64,000 nucleotides of DNA from Rhabdothermincola salaria (GTDB lineage: Bacteria > Actinomycetota > Acidimicrobiia > Acidimicrobiales > Acidimicrobilacustridaceae), in the NCBI RefSeq assembly GCF_021246445.1, contig NZ_JAJQXW010000001.1, positions 1,196,168 to 1,260,167 on the forward strand, written 5' to 3'. A model generated the notes under the pieces. It searched no databases. It was not told where the DNA came from and saw only the letters and a list, made by a program, of their open reading frames with translations. Shown in pieces: positions 1 to 13,200 of this stretch. Both the position numbers and the translations under genes were made by a program. The stretch's first letter is position 1; each line of letters starts with the position of its first letter.

Positions 1-777
1 CCGGTCGTCGACGAGGAAGACCCGGTCGGCGTCGCCATCGAAGGCCAGGCCCACGTCGGCCCCGGTGGCCCGCACCCGGGCCTGGAGGTCGACCAGGTTC
101 TCGGGCTGGATGGGGTCGGCCGGGTGGTTGGGGAAGGTGCCGTCGAGCTCGCCGTAGAGCATCTCGAGCTCGATGGGCAGCTTCTCGAACACGGCCGGCG
201 CGGTGAGCCCGCCCATGCCGTTGGCGGCGTCGGCGACGACCTTCAGCGGGGCCAGGGCGTCGGGATCGACGAAGGAGTGCACGTGCTCGACGAACGCCGC
301 CAGCGCGTCGTCGCGGCTCGACACGGAGCCGGGCGTGGCCACCGGTTCCAGCCCGCCGATGACATCGGCCTTGATCTGTTGGAGTCCGGTCTCCTCCCCC
401 ACCGGCTTGGCTCCGGCGAGGGCCAGCTTCACGCCGTTGTACTGGGCGGGGTTGTGCGAGGCGGTGAGCATGGCAGCCGGCGCGTCGTAGTGACCGGCGG
501 CCCAGAAGGCCAGGTCGGTGGACGCCAGACCGAGGTGGACCACGTCGACGCCCTGGGCCGTGGCCCCCCGGGCGAAGGCTTCGGCGAACTCCGGTCCCGA
601 CGGCCGCATGTCGTGGGCGACCAGCACGTGGCCGGCGCCGGTGGTGTCGGCGGCGAAGCGGGCGAACGCGGCGCCGATGCGCTCGACGAGGTCGGCGTCG
701 AGCTGATCGGGGACCGTGCCGCGGATGTCGTAGGCCTTGAAGATGCGGTCCAGCGCAGCGAGGTCGTGGGGGGCCAT
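1..777 (-). CDS. manB: Phosphomannomutase/phosphoglucomutase (3' end runs off window start)
   Basis: Manual translation from ATG at 777: MAPHDLAALDRIFKAYDIRG...HDMRPSG...MLTASHNP (phosphoserine loop). Not in the ORF track because it is truncated. Confidence 0.93.
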   Translation of the reverse strand, partial: MAPHDLAALDRIFKAYDIRGTVPDQLDADLVERIGAAFARFAADTTGAGHVLVAHDMRPSGPEFAEAFARGATAQGVDVVHLGLASTDLAFWAAGHYDAPAAMLTASHNPAQYNGVKLALAGAKPVGEETGLQQIKADVIGGLEPVATPGSVSSRDDALAAFVEHVHSFVDPDALAPLKVVADAANGMGGLTAPAVFEKLPIELEMLYGELDGTFPNHPADPIQPENLVDLQARVRATGADVGLAFDGDADRVFLVDDR

Positions 778-788
778 GGGCCGGAACC

Positions 789-1709
789 CTACTTGAGGAC
801 CGGCCCCACCCCGGCGGGGCCGGAACCGGCCAAGAGGTCGTCGGCAGTGAGGTCGTAGCGACCCTCCGTGGCCCATTGGCGCACGAGGAACAGGTCGCGC
901 ACGAGGCGCAGCGCGTCGCGCACCACGTGCACCGACGAGCGGCTCGAGTTGGCCACCGCGACGGGGACCTCGGCGAGGGACAAGTGGTAGCGCTCGATGA
1001 GGTGGAACAGCTCCACGTCGAAGGCGAAACCGTCGACGCGGGAGCGCGAGAAGATGAGTCGGGCGGCGTCGGAGCGGAACGCCTTCAACCCGCACTGCGT
1101 GTCGCGGTACTGCCCCAGCAGCACGGCCCGGGTGAGCAGGTTGATGGCCCGCCCGCCGATCTCGCGCAGGCGACGGGCGCGCACCAAGGTGGTGGTGTCG
1201 GTGTGGCGCCGGCTCCCGACCACGACGTCCCAGCCCTCCTCGACGAGAGCCACCAGACCGGGGATCTGGTCGGGCGAGTAGGCCAGGTCGGCGTCGGTGA
1301 ACACGACCGTGCGACCGCTGGCCGCCAGCACACCGGTGCGCACGGCGGCGCCCTTGCCCTGGTTGACGTCGTGGCGGACCACCACGTCGGCGCCGGCCCG
1401 TTCGGCCGCGCCCGACGTGTCGTCGTTCGAGCCGTCGTCGACCACCACGACCTCGAGGCCGCCGTAGGCCGCCACCACGTCGAGGGCCCGACGGACCTCG
1501 GCCACCGAGGCCCCGATGCGGGACTCCTCGTCGAAGGCGGGGATGACCACGCTCAGGCGACGGCTGCCGGGCGCGACCGGGCGGTCGCGCCGCCGCTCGA
1601 GGTCGGCCCGCACCGGCGACAGGCCCTGCTGCCAACGCCGGAGGGCCACGACCGTCAACGCGCTGCTCGCGGCGGCCACCGCGACGCTTCGCACCGCGGT
1701 CGAGCTCAC
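789..1709 (-). CDS. GT2 glycosyltransferase, polyprenol/dolichol-phosphate sugar synthase type
   Basis: SVVIPAFDE, VVVDDGSND, NQGKGAAVRTG, FTDADL, DTQCGLKAF, GFAFDVE motifs. Confidence 0.9.
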   Translation of the reverse strand: MSSTAVRSVAVAAASSALTVVALRRWQQGLSPVRADLERRRDRPVAPGSRRLSVVIPAFDEESRIGASVAEVRRALDVVAAYGGLEVVVVDDGSNDDTSGAAERAGADVVVRHDVNQGKGAAVRTGVLAASGRTVVFTDADLAYSPDQIPGLVALVEEGWDVVVGSRRHTDTTTLVRARRLREIGGRAINLLTRAVLLGQYRDTQCGLKAFRSDAARLIFSRSRVDGFAFDVELFHLIERYHLSLAEVPVAVANSSRSSVHVVRDALRLVRDLFLVRQWATEGRYDLTADDLLAGSGPAGVGPVLK

Positions 1710-4531
1710 GGACGGCTCCCGCCGTCGGGATCGGCGGCATCAGGATCGGCTGCAGGGGCCTCGGAAGCAGGGACCTCGGAAGCAGGGACCGGGTCGACGA
1801 CGGGGGCCGTGCCGTGGGCCGGGGAGACGTCGTCCGTCGGGGGCCCATCGGGACCTGGTGCGGACCCGGGCCCGTCGGGCGCCGGTCCCTCGACCGGCTC
1901 GGCCACGCCCGGGACCTCGGCCAGGATCACCGAGGCGGGATCGAAGGCGCCGGCGGGCACGCCGGCGTCCGGCGCGGGTGCCCGCCCGGCTGGCGCCTCC
2001 GCCGAGGCCTCGCCGCTCGCACCGGGCGAGGCGAGGTCACCGCCCAGCCCAGGAGGCGGGGGCGCCGGACCCGAATCGGGTCGGGGCCGCCAGGAGCGGG
2101 GCTCGGGGAACGAGAGCGGGCCGGCACGCCACAGCGCCACCAGGCCGACCAGGCCGAGGGCCGCCACCAGCCAGCCCAGCCAGTCGACGCCGGTCATGCC
2201 GTAGCGCAGCGTGACCTCGGTGTCGGTGGGCACCACGACCATGAGGTTGGGGCTGATGCGCCAAGGGCCGTCGGCCCCCTCGGCCTGCCAGTTGGGGAAG
2301 TACGACGTCTTGACCAGCACCGGCGTACCGGGCTGGCTGACCTGGAACGAGATGGTGTCGGTACCGGCCTCGTAGTCGGTGACCGCGACCGGCTCGGTGG
2401 GGATCCGTTCGGGCGTCTCCCCCGGTGCGATGCGCTGCCACTCGTCGGGGCCGTCGGCGGCGAGGAACACCGACCACTGGGTGGGGTCCTCGTACCAGGG
2501 GACCACGGCGTCGAGCCAGCCGTGCCCGGGGTCGACCCCGGTGAGGACCGCCGGCTGGTCGTCGAGGACGACCACCTGCTCGCTGTCGGCCACGGTGAAC
2601 ACCGCCCACGGCCCGCTGGTCGCCACCTCCGTGAGCGACGGGCTGGCCTGCGCCTTCTCGATCATGGGCTCGGAGATCGCCATGTAGTAGCGGATGCCCA
2701 GGAGCTGCATGTGCTGCACGCCGATGTCGAACTCGGTCTGGGTGGGCGCGCCCGGCGAGTAGGGCAGCTCGCGCTGGGCGTTGGACGGGGCTGACGACAG
2801 CTCGTCCTGCATCAAGAAGTGGTAGGGGGTGGTGGACGACGACTCGAAGAAGAGCCCCTCGGAGGACCCGATGCAGCCGTCGGTCCAGAAGGGCAGCAGC
2901 ATCAACGCCATCGGGGTGCCGTAGCGATCGTGGGCCGACTCGTGCTCCCACATGGCTCGACCGCAGCCCTCGGTCTCGCCGAGGTCGGCCATGGTGGAGA
3001 CGATGCCGTGGTACTCGGGGTAGGCCGGCTTGTTCTCGTAGCCGCTGAAGTTCCAGCGGGCCCACGAACCGAGGAAGCTGGAGTCGGTCGTGGACAGGAA
3101 CAACCACCGGTAGGAGCCGTCGGCCTGGACGCTGCCGCCGGGCAGCGAGCGCAGGGGCATGGCCAGGGCCACCAGCACGACCAGGCAGGTGGCCACGGCG
3201 GTCCCGGCCGTGATCGACCGAGGGGGCTTGGAGGGGTCGCGGGCCACCAGGGTGGCGATGGTGCGACCCAGTTCGGCGATGCCCACTGCCGCCAGCAGGT
3301 AGAGCATCAGGTAGTAGAAGGGCAGGAGTCGGGCGTTCCACAGGCGTCCCTGGGGCACCACCACGAAGGCGATGGCCACGCCGATGGAGGCGAGCACGAA
3401 GAAGGCACCCGTGCGGCGCTTCCACGCGATCGACATCACCAGGCCGAGGAAGGCCAGCACCAGCACCAGCTCGATGCGGGGGCTGTCGCTGAGACCGCCG
3501 TCGAGGTTCTCGCGCCGGAAGAGCAGGTCGACGAACTGGGTGCGCTTCTCCCAGCCCATGTCGTTCATGTAGGGCGACCGCAGGTAGAAGGGCAGCAGCC
3601 ACCACATGGTGAGCGCCGACCCCACCGCACCGGCGCCGAACAACCACCACACCCGGAGGGGCCAACCGGTCCGGCGGGCGAGGGCGATCACGAGCCACAC
3701 CAGCGAGGCGCCGATGGCGAAGAGGAACGGGATGAGGTGGGTCAACCCGGTGAGGGTCAACAGCACCGCGGCCAGGGCCCGGTGCTTGCCTGTCTCCATG
3801 CCCCGACCGACCACCCCGAGGAACAGCAGGGCGAAGCTGAGCGAGATGGAGAAGGCGAACTCCCCCGCCATGGTCGACGCGATGTTGCCGCCGAGGATGG
3901 AATAGGACCGGTCGAACAGGAACGCAGTGGCCCCGACGGCCAGGAGGGGCGGGCCCGGGAAGGGAAGGCGGGTCAGACGACCGAAGGCCCAGGCCGCCAT
4001 CGGGAGGGTCACCAGACCGCTGATGGCCACCAGCTTGAAGGCCACTCCGTAGGGGATCACGTAGCTCAACAGGGCGATGGCCAGGGACGGCAGGACCATG
4101 TAGAAGTGGTAGGCGGGCATGCCGGCGTACCAGTCCGGTGTCCAACCGGTGAGGCGGAACGACGGGAGCAGGTGGTCGCGCATGAACGCCGGCCCCCACA
4201 CGTGGGCCCCCATGTCGCCGCCGGCGGGGGTGGAGTCCGAGAAGATGTTCCCCGGGCCGAGCTGGCTGAACACGAAGGCCACGCAGCCGAGGACCACGGC
4301 GAGCGAGACCCATGCCTCGAGTGGCGAGGCGCCCAACGCGTCCAGAGCCCTGCCGGGGAGCGCCTTCAGGCGCTCCGATCGGCCCGGAGGGTCGATGGCC
4401 CGGGCGAGGCGGTCGACGGTCGGGTCGCCGGCCTCGGTGGGGTCATCGGAGATCACGACCCCGGGAGCAGCACCGTGGGCACCGCCCTGCGCGGGGGCGT
4501 CGGGGTCGACGTCGTGATCGCTCGTGGTCAT
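1706..4531 (-). CDS. Large polytopic membrane protein, YfhO/PTPS-related GT-C-like
   Basis: GGDMGAH and W-x-PDWYAGMPAYHFY loop after the first TM, many TM segments, C-terminal VKTSYFPNW (YfhO-like) domain, acidic Pro-rich tail; overlaps the downstream GT2 by 4 nt. Confidence 0.7.
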   Translation of the reverse strand: MTTSDHDVDPDAPAQGGAHGAAPGVVISDDPTEAGDPTVDRLARAIDPPGRSERLKALPGRALDALGASPLEAWVSLAVVLGCVAFVFSQLGPGNIFSDSTPAGGDMGAHVWGPAFMRDHLLPSFRLTGWTPDWYAGMPAYHFYMVLPSLAIALLSYVIPYGVAFKLVAISGLVTLPMAAWAFGRLTRLPFPGPPLLAVGATAFLFDRSYSILGGNIASTMAGEFAFSISLSFALLFLGVVGRGMETGKHRALAAVLLTLTGLTHLIPFLFAIGASLVWLVIALARRTGWPLRVWWLFGAGAVGSALTMWWLLPFYLRSPYMNDMGWEKRTQFVDLLFRRENLDGGLSDSPRIELVLVLAFLGLVMSIAWKRRTGAFFVLASIGVAIAFVVVPQGRLWNARLLPFYYLMLYLLAAVGIAELGRTIATLVARDPSKPPRSITAGTAVATCLVVLVALAMPLRSLPGGSVQADGSYRWLFLSTTDSSFLGSWARWNFSGYENKPAYPEYHGIVSTMADLGETEGCGRAMWEHESAHDRYGTPMALMLLPFWTDGCIGSSEGLFFESSSTTPYHFLMQDELSSAPSNAQRELPYSPGAPTQTEFDIGVQHMQLLGIRYYMAISEPMIEKAQASPSLTEVATSGPWAVFTVADSEQVVVLDDQPAVLTGVDPGHGWLDAVVPWYEDPTQWSVFLAADGPDEWQRIAPGETPERIPTEPVAVTDYEAGTDTISFQVSQPGTPVLVKTSYFPNWQAEGADGPWRISPNLMVVVPTDTEVTLRYGMTGVDWLGWLVAALGLVGLVALWRAGPLSFPEPRSWRPRPDSGPAPPPPGLGGDLASPGASGEASAEAPAGRAPAPDAGVPAGAFDPASVILAEVPGVAEPVEGPAPDGPGSAPGPDGPPTDDVSPAHGTAPVVDPVPASEVPASEAPAADPDAADPDGGSRP

Positions 4532-4589
4532 GGTCGTCCCATCGTGGCACCGACCGGACCCGGCCGAGTGGCACGCCGAGCGCCCGGTC

Positions 4590-5672
4590 TCAGAACAGCG
4601 TGACGTTCCACAGCAACGAGACCGCGGCCACGACGTTGAAGCCGACGTGGGCCCACAGCGCCGGCCCGAGGCGACCCGACCTCACGGTCAGCACGCCGAG
4701 GATCACCCCGAAGACCAACAGGGCGGGGAACTGCAGGGGTTGGAGGTGGGTGGCGGCGAAGAAGGCGGCCGAGGCGAGGATGGCCCACCGGGCCCGGACC
4801 CGGCGCCGGAAGATGGGCAGCGCCATCCCCCGGAAGTAGATCTCCTCGGCCACCGGCGCGCCGATGCCGACGATGACGAACACCAAGACGATCGACAGCG
4901 GGTCGGTGGCCCGGTCGGTGAGGGCCCGGGCCTCGGCCGAGACGTCCTGGACCCCGATGATCTTGAACACCACCCAGTACAGCGCCGGCACCATGAGCAG
5001 CTGGCTGGCGATGCCGATGGCCAGACCGAGCGGGACGTCGGTGGCCTTCATGCGCAGCCCGAGGTCGGCGACGATGCCGCGTCCCTTCTTGGCCGCGAAC
5101 CACAACGGGCCGGCGATCAGCGCCCCCCACAGGGGCAGCTGGAGCAGGGTGCTCAACCAGAGCGGCACGGGCTGGCTGATGACCACGGCCTGACCGGTGG
5201 TGGCCTGGTTGACGGCCTGGCCGACCGCCCCGCCCAGGCCGGTGACGGCGCGCGGGTCGTACTCGCTGCCCGGGATGACCATGGCATAGGCGATGGTGGC
5301 CAGGAGCTGGGCCGCGAAGAACACGATGAGGATGGCCCCGGCGCCGTAGCGGCGGCCGTCGGCCGGACCCTCGGCGGCCCCGCCGTCGTCCGCTGAGGCG
5401 CTCACCACCTCGACGCGGTCGGCACCGACCGGCCGCGGGGGGAACAGGCGGGCCAGCAGGCCGGTCCGGGCCGGCGGCGCGGCCGCCTCGGACACCCGTC
5501 CCTTCGGACGTGACCCGCTCTCGCGAGCCGCCTTCTTCGAGTCCTCGGCTCCGGCCTTGCCGCCCTTGGCGGTGCTCTTGGAACCCGCCCGCGACGAGCC
5601 CCGGGAGCGGCCCTCGGCCAGGTCCTTCTTGGACGGCGTGACCCTCGAGGGTCGGTTGTCGGGTCGGGTCAC
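4590..5672 (-). CDS. CPBP family intramembrane metalloprotease (CAAX/Abi)
   Basis: APVAEEIYFRG, FAATH, AHVGFN motifs; start reassigned to GTG 5672, behind a TAGCCT -10-like box. Confidence 0.85.
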   Translation of the reverse strand: MTRPDNRPSRVTPSKKDLAEGRSRGSSRAGSKSTAKGGKAGAEDSKKAARESGSRPKGRVSEAAAPPARTGLLARLFPPRPVGADRVEVVSASADDGGAAEGPADGRRYGAGAILIVFFAAQLLATIAYAMVIPGSEYDPRAVTGLGGAVGQAVNQATTGQAVVISQPVPLWLSTLLQLPLWGALIAGPLWFAAKKGRGIVADLGLRMKATDVPLGLAIGIASQLLMVPALYWVVFKIIGVQDVSAEARALTDRATDPLSIVLVFVIVGIGAPVAEEIYFRGMALPIFRRRVRARWAILASAAFFAATHLQPLQFPALLVFGVILGVLTVRSGRLGPALWAHVGFNVVAAVSLLWNVTLF

Positions 5673-5729
5673 GGGCGCCGAGGCTACCGGTCCGCCGTGG
5701 CCCCTCCTGCGCCCGCTACCGTCGGCGTC

Positions 5730-5939
5730 ATGACCCGCTCTTGTGCGCGCCCGGGCTGCGGCGAGCCCGCCGAGGCCACGCTCGCCTACGAGTACGCCGC
5801 GTCCACGGTCTGGCTCGACGACCTGGCCCCCGAAGCCCACCCCTCCCTCTACGACGTGTGCCGCCGCCACGCCGACGCGCTCACCGTGCCCAACGGCTGG
5901 CAGCTCGTCGACCAACGAGAGCAGGCCATCGCCTCCTAG
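5730..5939 (+). CDS. DUF3499 family small Cys/His protein
   Basis: CARPGC...ATLAYEY...YDVCRRHADALTVPNGW pattern typical of actinobacterial DUF3499. Confidence 0.85.
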   Translation: MTRSCARPGCGEPAEATLAYEYAASTVWLDDLAPEAHPSLYDVCRRHADALTVPNGWQLVDQREQAIAS

Positions 5940-6032
5940 GACCCTGGGAGCGGGTCCCACACGGCCCTCGCCGACGAATGGATGCCCCGCCCCGTGACGA
6001 GCATTTTCGGCAGCTCCATCTAGGCTTCGGAC

Positions 6033-7991
<1,959 letters not shown>

Positions 7992-8070
7992 CCCCCGCCC
8001 GCTCCCGGACCCCGGCACCGCCGGCGTCCTCCTCGGCCCGGCCCGGGACGATCGGCGGGCCGCGGGTGGG

Positions 8071-8562
8071 TCAGGGGCTCTCGGGACGAGGGTTCTCGTC
8101 GGCTGCCGTCTCGTGGGCCTGGCACTCGCCAGGGGTGGAGCCGGGCGCACGGGCCTCGGCCACCGCGGCCCACAGGTCGGTGGCCGTCACCGGGCCGAGG
8201 AAGTGCCGCACCACCACACCGTCGGCGTCGGCGATCACCACGAGGGGCACGGCATCGATGCCGTAGCGCTCGTGCAGCTCGGCCTCGGCCCCGACCTCGA
8301 GCCCTTGGACCACGACCGGGCCTCCGGGTCCGGCGTCGAGGTGCCGGGCCTTGTCCCACACGCCGGCGCAGGTGTCGCACGTCGCCGAGGTGAACACCGC
8401 GACCAACCAGGGGGCGTCGGGCCGATCGAAGTCGCGGCGGTCGAGCTGGGCGGGAACCTGGAAGGCCGCACGGGTCGGGGGGTCGGCCTGGCGCCGCTGG
8501 AGCACGAGCGCGACCACCACGGCCACCACGACCACGATGGCGGCGATCACCAGCCGCTCCAC
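8071..8562 (-). CDS. Membrane-anchored thioredoxin-like protein
   Basis: N-terminal TM, FTSATCDTC (CxxC), YGIDAVP cis-Pro motif; start GTG 8562 directly after the DUF5719 stop. Confidence 0.75.
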   Translation of the reverse strand: MERLVIAAIVVVVAVVVALVLQRRQADPPTRAAFQVPAQLDRRDFDRPDAPWLVAVFTSATCDTCAGVWDKARHLDAGPGGPVVVQGLEVGAEAELHERYGIDAVPLVVIADADGVVVRHFLGPVTATDLWAAVAEARAPGSTPGECQAHETAADENPRPESP

Positions 8563-8563
8563 G

Positions 8564-10243
8564 TCAGCCGCCTTCGCCGGCGTCGGACGGCGGCTGGTCG
8601 GCCACGGACGTCGTCGACTCGTCGTCCCCCTCGGCCGGCGTGGCGTCGGCGTCGGTGTCGGTGCCGGGGGCCTCGCCATCGGTCGATGTGTCCGGGGCCT
8701 CGGTGACCGGAGGCTCGGTGACGGGAGGCTCGGTGACGAAGGCGTCCGGCCCGGCCAGGGAGGTCGGCATCGACTCGGTGCCCGCCACCGGCATGGCCAC
8801 GGCCGCCGATCGATCGTCGCCCACCACCGCGGCGGACGACACGACGACGGGCTCGTCGGCGGCGACCACCACCGACAGGCCGGCGAGCTCGAGAGCCGGG
8901 CCCTCGACGGGGATCACCACCCGCGATCCGGCCGGGACCACCACCTCGCCCATCCCGGGCACCTCCACGTCGCCTCCACCAGAGAGCGCCCGCAACGTGA
9001 CGGTCGCCTCGCCCACCGCCGAGGGGTTCACCACCACGATGGCGGCGCTGTCGGCGTCGGGCACGGCCGGCACCGGAGCGACCCACTCGGTGGCCACCAG
9101 CGGCGAGCCGACGGAGGCGACAAAGCCGGACGCGTCGGTCCCTTCGATCCCCCCCTCGAGCCGGCCGGCGACGATGGGCACGTCGTTGACGGACCGCACC
9201 AGCACCCAGCTCGCCACCCCTTCGGGGAAGAGCCGCTCCTCGGTGAAGACCTCGACCACGTCGTGGCGACCGCCGGGCACCGTCAGGGTGAAGGGCTCGA
9301 CGCTGCCGTTGGTGGCGGGGTCGTCGAGGAAGACCTGCACCTCGACCTCGGCCTCGTCCTCGGTCGGGTTCAGCACGCTGTAGGAGACGGTGCGGCCCTC
9401 GGCCGGCGGGCTGCCATCGGGGAAGATCCACGACGGCGACGGCGACGGGGCACCGAGGCTGGCGGTGAGGCCGACAGGGGCGTCGTCGGTGCCGTCGCTC
9501 ACCATGAGCTGCTCGGCGATGATCCGGCCGCTGCGGGCGGTCACGGTGATGGCCAGCTCGGCGCGGAGCGTGACGATCGCACCGACGTCGATCACGGTCA
9601 CCGCACTCCCCGGGACGAGGACGGCCTGGAAGCTCGGCGAGGCGCGGGTGCCTTCCTCGGTCTCCACCGAGATGTCGACGGACGCCTCCCCGGGGAAGGG
9701 GTTGAACAGGGCGAGGAGCGTGGTCGTGCCGGCCCGTGACGTGCCGGCCGGGAAGTACCACGACGGCGAGGGGTTCGATGCGCAGGGGCTCACCGAGCTC
9801 CCACCGGGACCGACCAGTTCGTGGTCGACGGCCACCGATCCGGCGTCGAGCTCGACGACCGCCCCGGCCCAGGGCGCCACGAGCACCTCGGACAGCACCA
9901 CCTCGGAGCGGTCCTGGGCACCGACCTCGACGTCGACCATCACCGGATCGCCATCGTCGGGATAGGCGGTGAGACGCCCCTCGACCGGCTGGTCCGAGAC
10001 GTTGGTGAGGACCACCGTGTGCTCGGCCGCTCCCGCGCCCTCGCCCTCGGTGATTCCGGTGGCCGACCCGGCCGCGCAGTACCAGGTGGAGCCTTGGGCG
10101 TCGTCGGCGGCGACCACGGGAGCGAGCTGGTCGACCCTGACCCCGGACCTCCCGCGGCCATCGTCTCGATCGACCACCACCGCCGCCACGAGGAGCGCGA
10201 CGAGCACGACGAGCATGGGCACGCGCCACGCGGAACGGCTCAT
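8564..10243 (-). CDS. DUF5719 family secreted/membrane-anchored protein
   Basis: N-terminal TM, repeated W(Y/I)FP-G / L-NP beta modules, acidic Thr/Pro tail; ATGA overlap with the upstream GT2 fusion, the usual actinobacterial pairing. Confidence 0.7.
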   Translation of the reverse strand: MSRSAWRVPMLVVLVALLVAAVVVDRDDGRGRSGVRVDQLAPVVAADDAQGSTWYCAAGSATGITEGEGAGAAEHTVVLTNVSDQPVEGRLTAYPDDGDPVMVDVEVGAQDRSEVVLSEVLVAPWAGAVVELDAGSVAVDHELVGPGGSSVSPCASNPSPSWYFPAGTSRAGTTTLLALFNPFPGEASVDISVETEEGTRASPSFQAVLVPGSAVTVIDVGAIVTLRAELAITVTARSGRIIAEQLMVSDGTDDAPVGLTASLGAPSPSPSWIFPDGSPPAEGRTVSYSVLNPTEDEAEVEVQVFLDDPATNGSVEPFTLTVPGGRHDVVEVFTEERLFPEGVASWVLVRSVNDVPIVAGRLEGGIEGTDASGFVASVGSPLVATEWVAPVPAVPDADSAAIVVVNPSAVGEATVTLRALSGGGDVEVPGMGEVVVPAGSRVVIPVEGPALELAGLSVVVAADEPVVVSSAAVVGDDRSAAVAMPVAGTESMPTSLAGPDAFVTEPPVTEPPVTEAPDTSTDGEAPGTDTDADATPAEGDDESTTSVADQPPSDAGEGG

Positions 10244-13200
10244 CGGGCGTACTTCCCCTTGCCACGGCGCCCTCGACGGCCCCGCGGTGCACCTTCGACG
10301 GTGATCGCCGGGACGACCCTCGTGACGTCGTCGGGTGCCGGCTCCTCGGCCATCGGCTCCTCCGCCACGGTGTCGGGCCCGGTGTCGGCCTCGGGTCGGT
10401 CTCGGGGTGCGCGCCGCGGTGTCCGGCTCGGGCGTTCGGTCGGCGGTCTGACGACCACCCGCTCGGGCGCCAGCGGCGCGGCCAGCTCGAGCTCGTCGCG
10501 CTCGTCCTCCACCACCCGGACCCGGAGCAGGTAGCCGAGCGCGAGGACCCACAACAGCACCTGCCCGGCGAGCGCCAGCCAGCGCGAGGCAGGGGTGGCG
10601 AACGACAACGTGGCCGGCCCCGAGGTGTCGACCGTGAAGGCGCTGGCCCAGCCGAAGGCGTCCGATCGGGGAGCGTCGCGGCCGTCGACCTCGAGGGTCC
10701 AGCGGTCACCACCGCCCTCGGCCAGGTACACGACCCCCGGACTGTCGAGCGTGCCGGTCGCGTGGGTGCCGACCGCGTCGAAGGACAGCGCGGGGCCCGC
10801 GCCGGCGAGGCCCGGGATGGTCTGCGCGACCGCGCCCTCGTCGGTCGCACCATCACCGATCGCCGTGTCCGGCGGGAGCAGCGCCGGGCTGGCACCCCAG
10901 ACGGCGTTCTCGAACACGCGCACCCCCGGGTTGACGGTGACGCCGTCGAGGTCGAGCTGCGACTCCAGCACGGCCACCAGGTCGGCGGGGTCGTAACGGC
11001 GGTCCTCGGCATAGGGATCCGGAGCCGGGCCCAGGGGGACCACCACGTAGCGCACCCCCATGGGGGCCAGCAGCTCGCCCAGTCGCGAGGTGTCGCCACT
11101 GGACGCGGCGCGCACCGCGTCGGCCAGCTCAGGGGTGGCGCCGGTCGCCGCACCGGGCCACTGACCGGCCAGGGTGGGGACGCCCGCCTCGGTGGTCAGG
11201 TAGGCGAGGGTGCGTTCGGGACCGAGGTCGTCGATCTCCGGTGCCTCGAGCGCCCACCCGACACCCGGCAGCACGCCAGCGTCGCCGAGCCACAGGGCCC
11301 GGAAGGGCTGCTCCTCCGCTTCGTCGCTCATGAAGGTGAGAGCGCGCCGGAAGTCGCCCCGGGGCAGCTCCCACCGGCCCGACCAGGTGGAGCCGATCGC
11401 CGGCACCAGCGCGACCAGGAAGGCGCCGGCGGCCACGAGCGAGACGATCTGGCGCCACCCGAAGTGGTAGTCGGGCAGGTCCACCTCGAATGCCACCATC
11501 CCGAGCCCGGCCGCCAACGCCAGCCCGACCGCCGCCGGGGCCAGCAGGACCTCCGGGGTGGGCTGGTCGAAGGAGAGCCAGCCCTGGGCACCGACGAAGA
11601 CGGACGCGAAGCCGACGAGCGCCACCCCCCAGGCCCGCACCGCCCACCCGACCCGCCACCGCCGACCGATGAGCAACGGGAGCACGGCGGTGAGGGCGAA
11701 CAGTCCGGACGCGACACCGGCGCCCAGCGGGCCGGTGCCGAAGCGGAGCAGGGCACCGAGATCGAGCTCTCGGCCGGCGAGGGAGGTGGGCGCCACGATG
11801 GCCGACCAGCCGTCGAGGAAGGTCAGGCTCCAGGGCAGGTGCAGCACCAGCGCCAACGCGGTCCCACCGACGGTGGCCACGACCAGTCGGACGGCACCGG
11901 CGAACTGGCCGGCCAGGAGCCCACCGAGCACCAGGCCGGCCCCGCACAACGGCAGCACCAGCAACAGCGAGGGGTCGACGACGGCGGCCACGGCCACGAT
12001 CGCACCGAGTGCCACCACCCGTTGGAGCAGCGGACGGCGGCGGACGCCAGGTCCCGCCGCCCCGCCGTCCTCACCGTACGGAGCGACCTGGCTCACCGAG
12101 GCGAGGACCGAGATGACCCACGGGGCCATGCCGAAGGCGACGATGCCCGCCCAGCGACCGGTGGACAGCGCGTTGGTGCCGACGGGCACCAGGGCGTAGA
12201 CGGCGGTCGCGACCAACCGCCCCCGGCGAGAGCCGATGGGCCGGGCGAGTCGGAACATCCCGAACAGCCCGAGGAACAGTGGGGCGAGCACGGCGACGGT
12301 CCGCAGGAACCCGGTCGCCCCGAACAGGAGGGCCCCGAGGCCACCGAAAACGCCGAGGCCGGTGGCGGACGCATCGGTGGACCCCAGCCCGGTGGCGTCG
12401 TACCCGCTGAGCCAGCGGCCGAGGAGCTCGCCGGGAGCGTCGAACCTCGGGAGGTCCCCGACTGCGGGGAGCGATCCCCAGAGCAGCTCGCGACTGCCCA
12501 CCACGAGGAAGAGCACGAGCAGACCCATGACCAGCAGCGAGGTGGTGGCCCGGGCTTCTCGCACGTTGGAGACCACGTCGCGGGCGTGGGTGCTGTTGCG
12601 CCCGAGCTGGCCGCGCAGGTAGGCCGAGAGTCGAGCGCTCCCCCGCACCTGCAGGGCCCGAACCTCACGGTCGGACACCTGGCGCAGGCCTGCGAGCGAA
12701 CGGCGCCGGGCGCGGGTGCCCTTGGCGTGGCGGGCGTTCCACGTCCAGGCCGACGCCACGTCGCGGGCGTGGCGGAAGCGTCCCAGCACCACGGACTGCA
12801 CGACCTCCACCAGCGCGATGAGGAAGGCGACGGGGGTGGTGCGCAGACGGGTGCCGGTGGTGGTGCAGGCCCGCATGGCCCGGAGCCGGTGCCGGGCCTG
12901 GAGGCGACGACGGTCGTCGAGCGGGCGCCGGAGGCCGAGCGCCTCGAGGTGACCGACCCGAGCCGCGGGGGCCACGACGACACGGGCCCCGGCCACGTGG
13001 GCCCGCCAGCACAGCTCCAGATCCTCGCCGTGGAAGCCGATCTCGGGGTCGAAGCCCCCCAAGGCCTCGAAGAGGTCCGCCCGCACCAGGGTCGCAGCCC
13101 CCGGCAGGTAGAAGACGTCGCGGACCCCGTCGTGCTGGGCCTGGTCGAGGTCGCCTCGCTCGACGTACGGCGACGGCTGCCCGAAGCGGTCGGCACCCAT

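Noticed and set aside
1759..1790. 15-bp tandem repeat (VPASE x2); similar VTEPP repeats near 8700-8737
   Set aside because: In-frame low-complexity tail expansions; no sign of phase variation
4590..5672. Abi-type phage defence gene
   Set aside because: CPBP/Abi-domain proteases are common membrane proteins and there is no defence-island context
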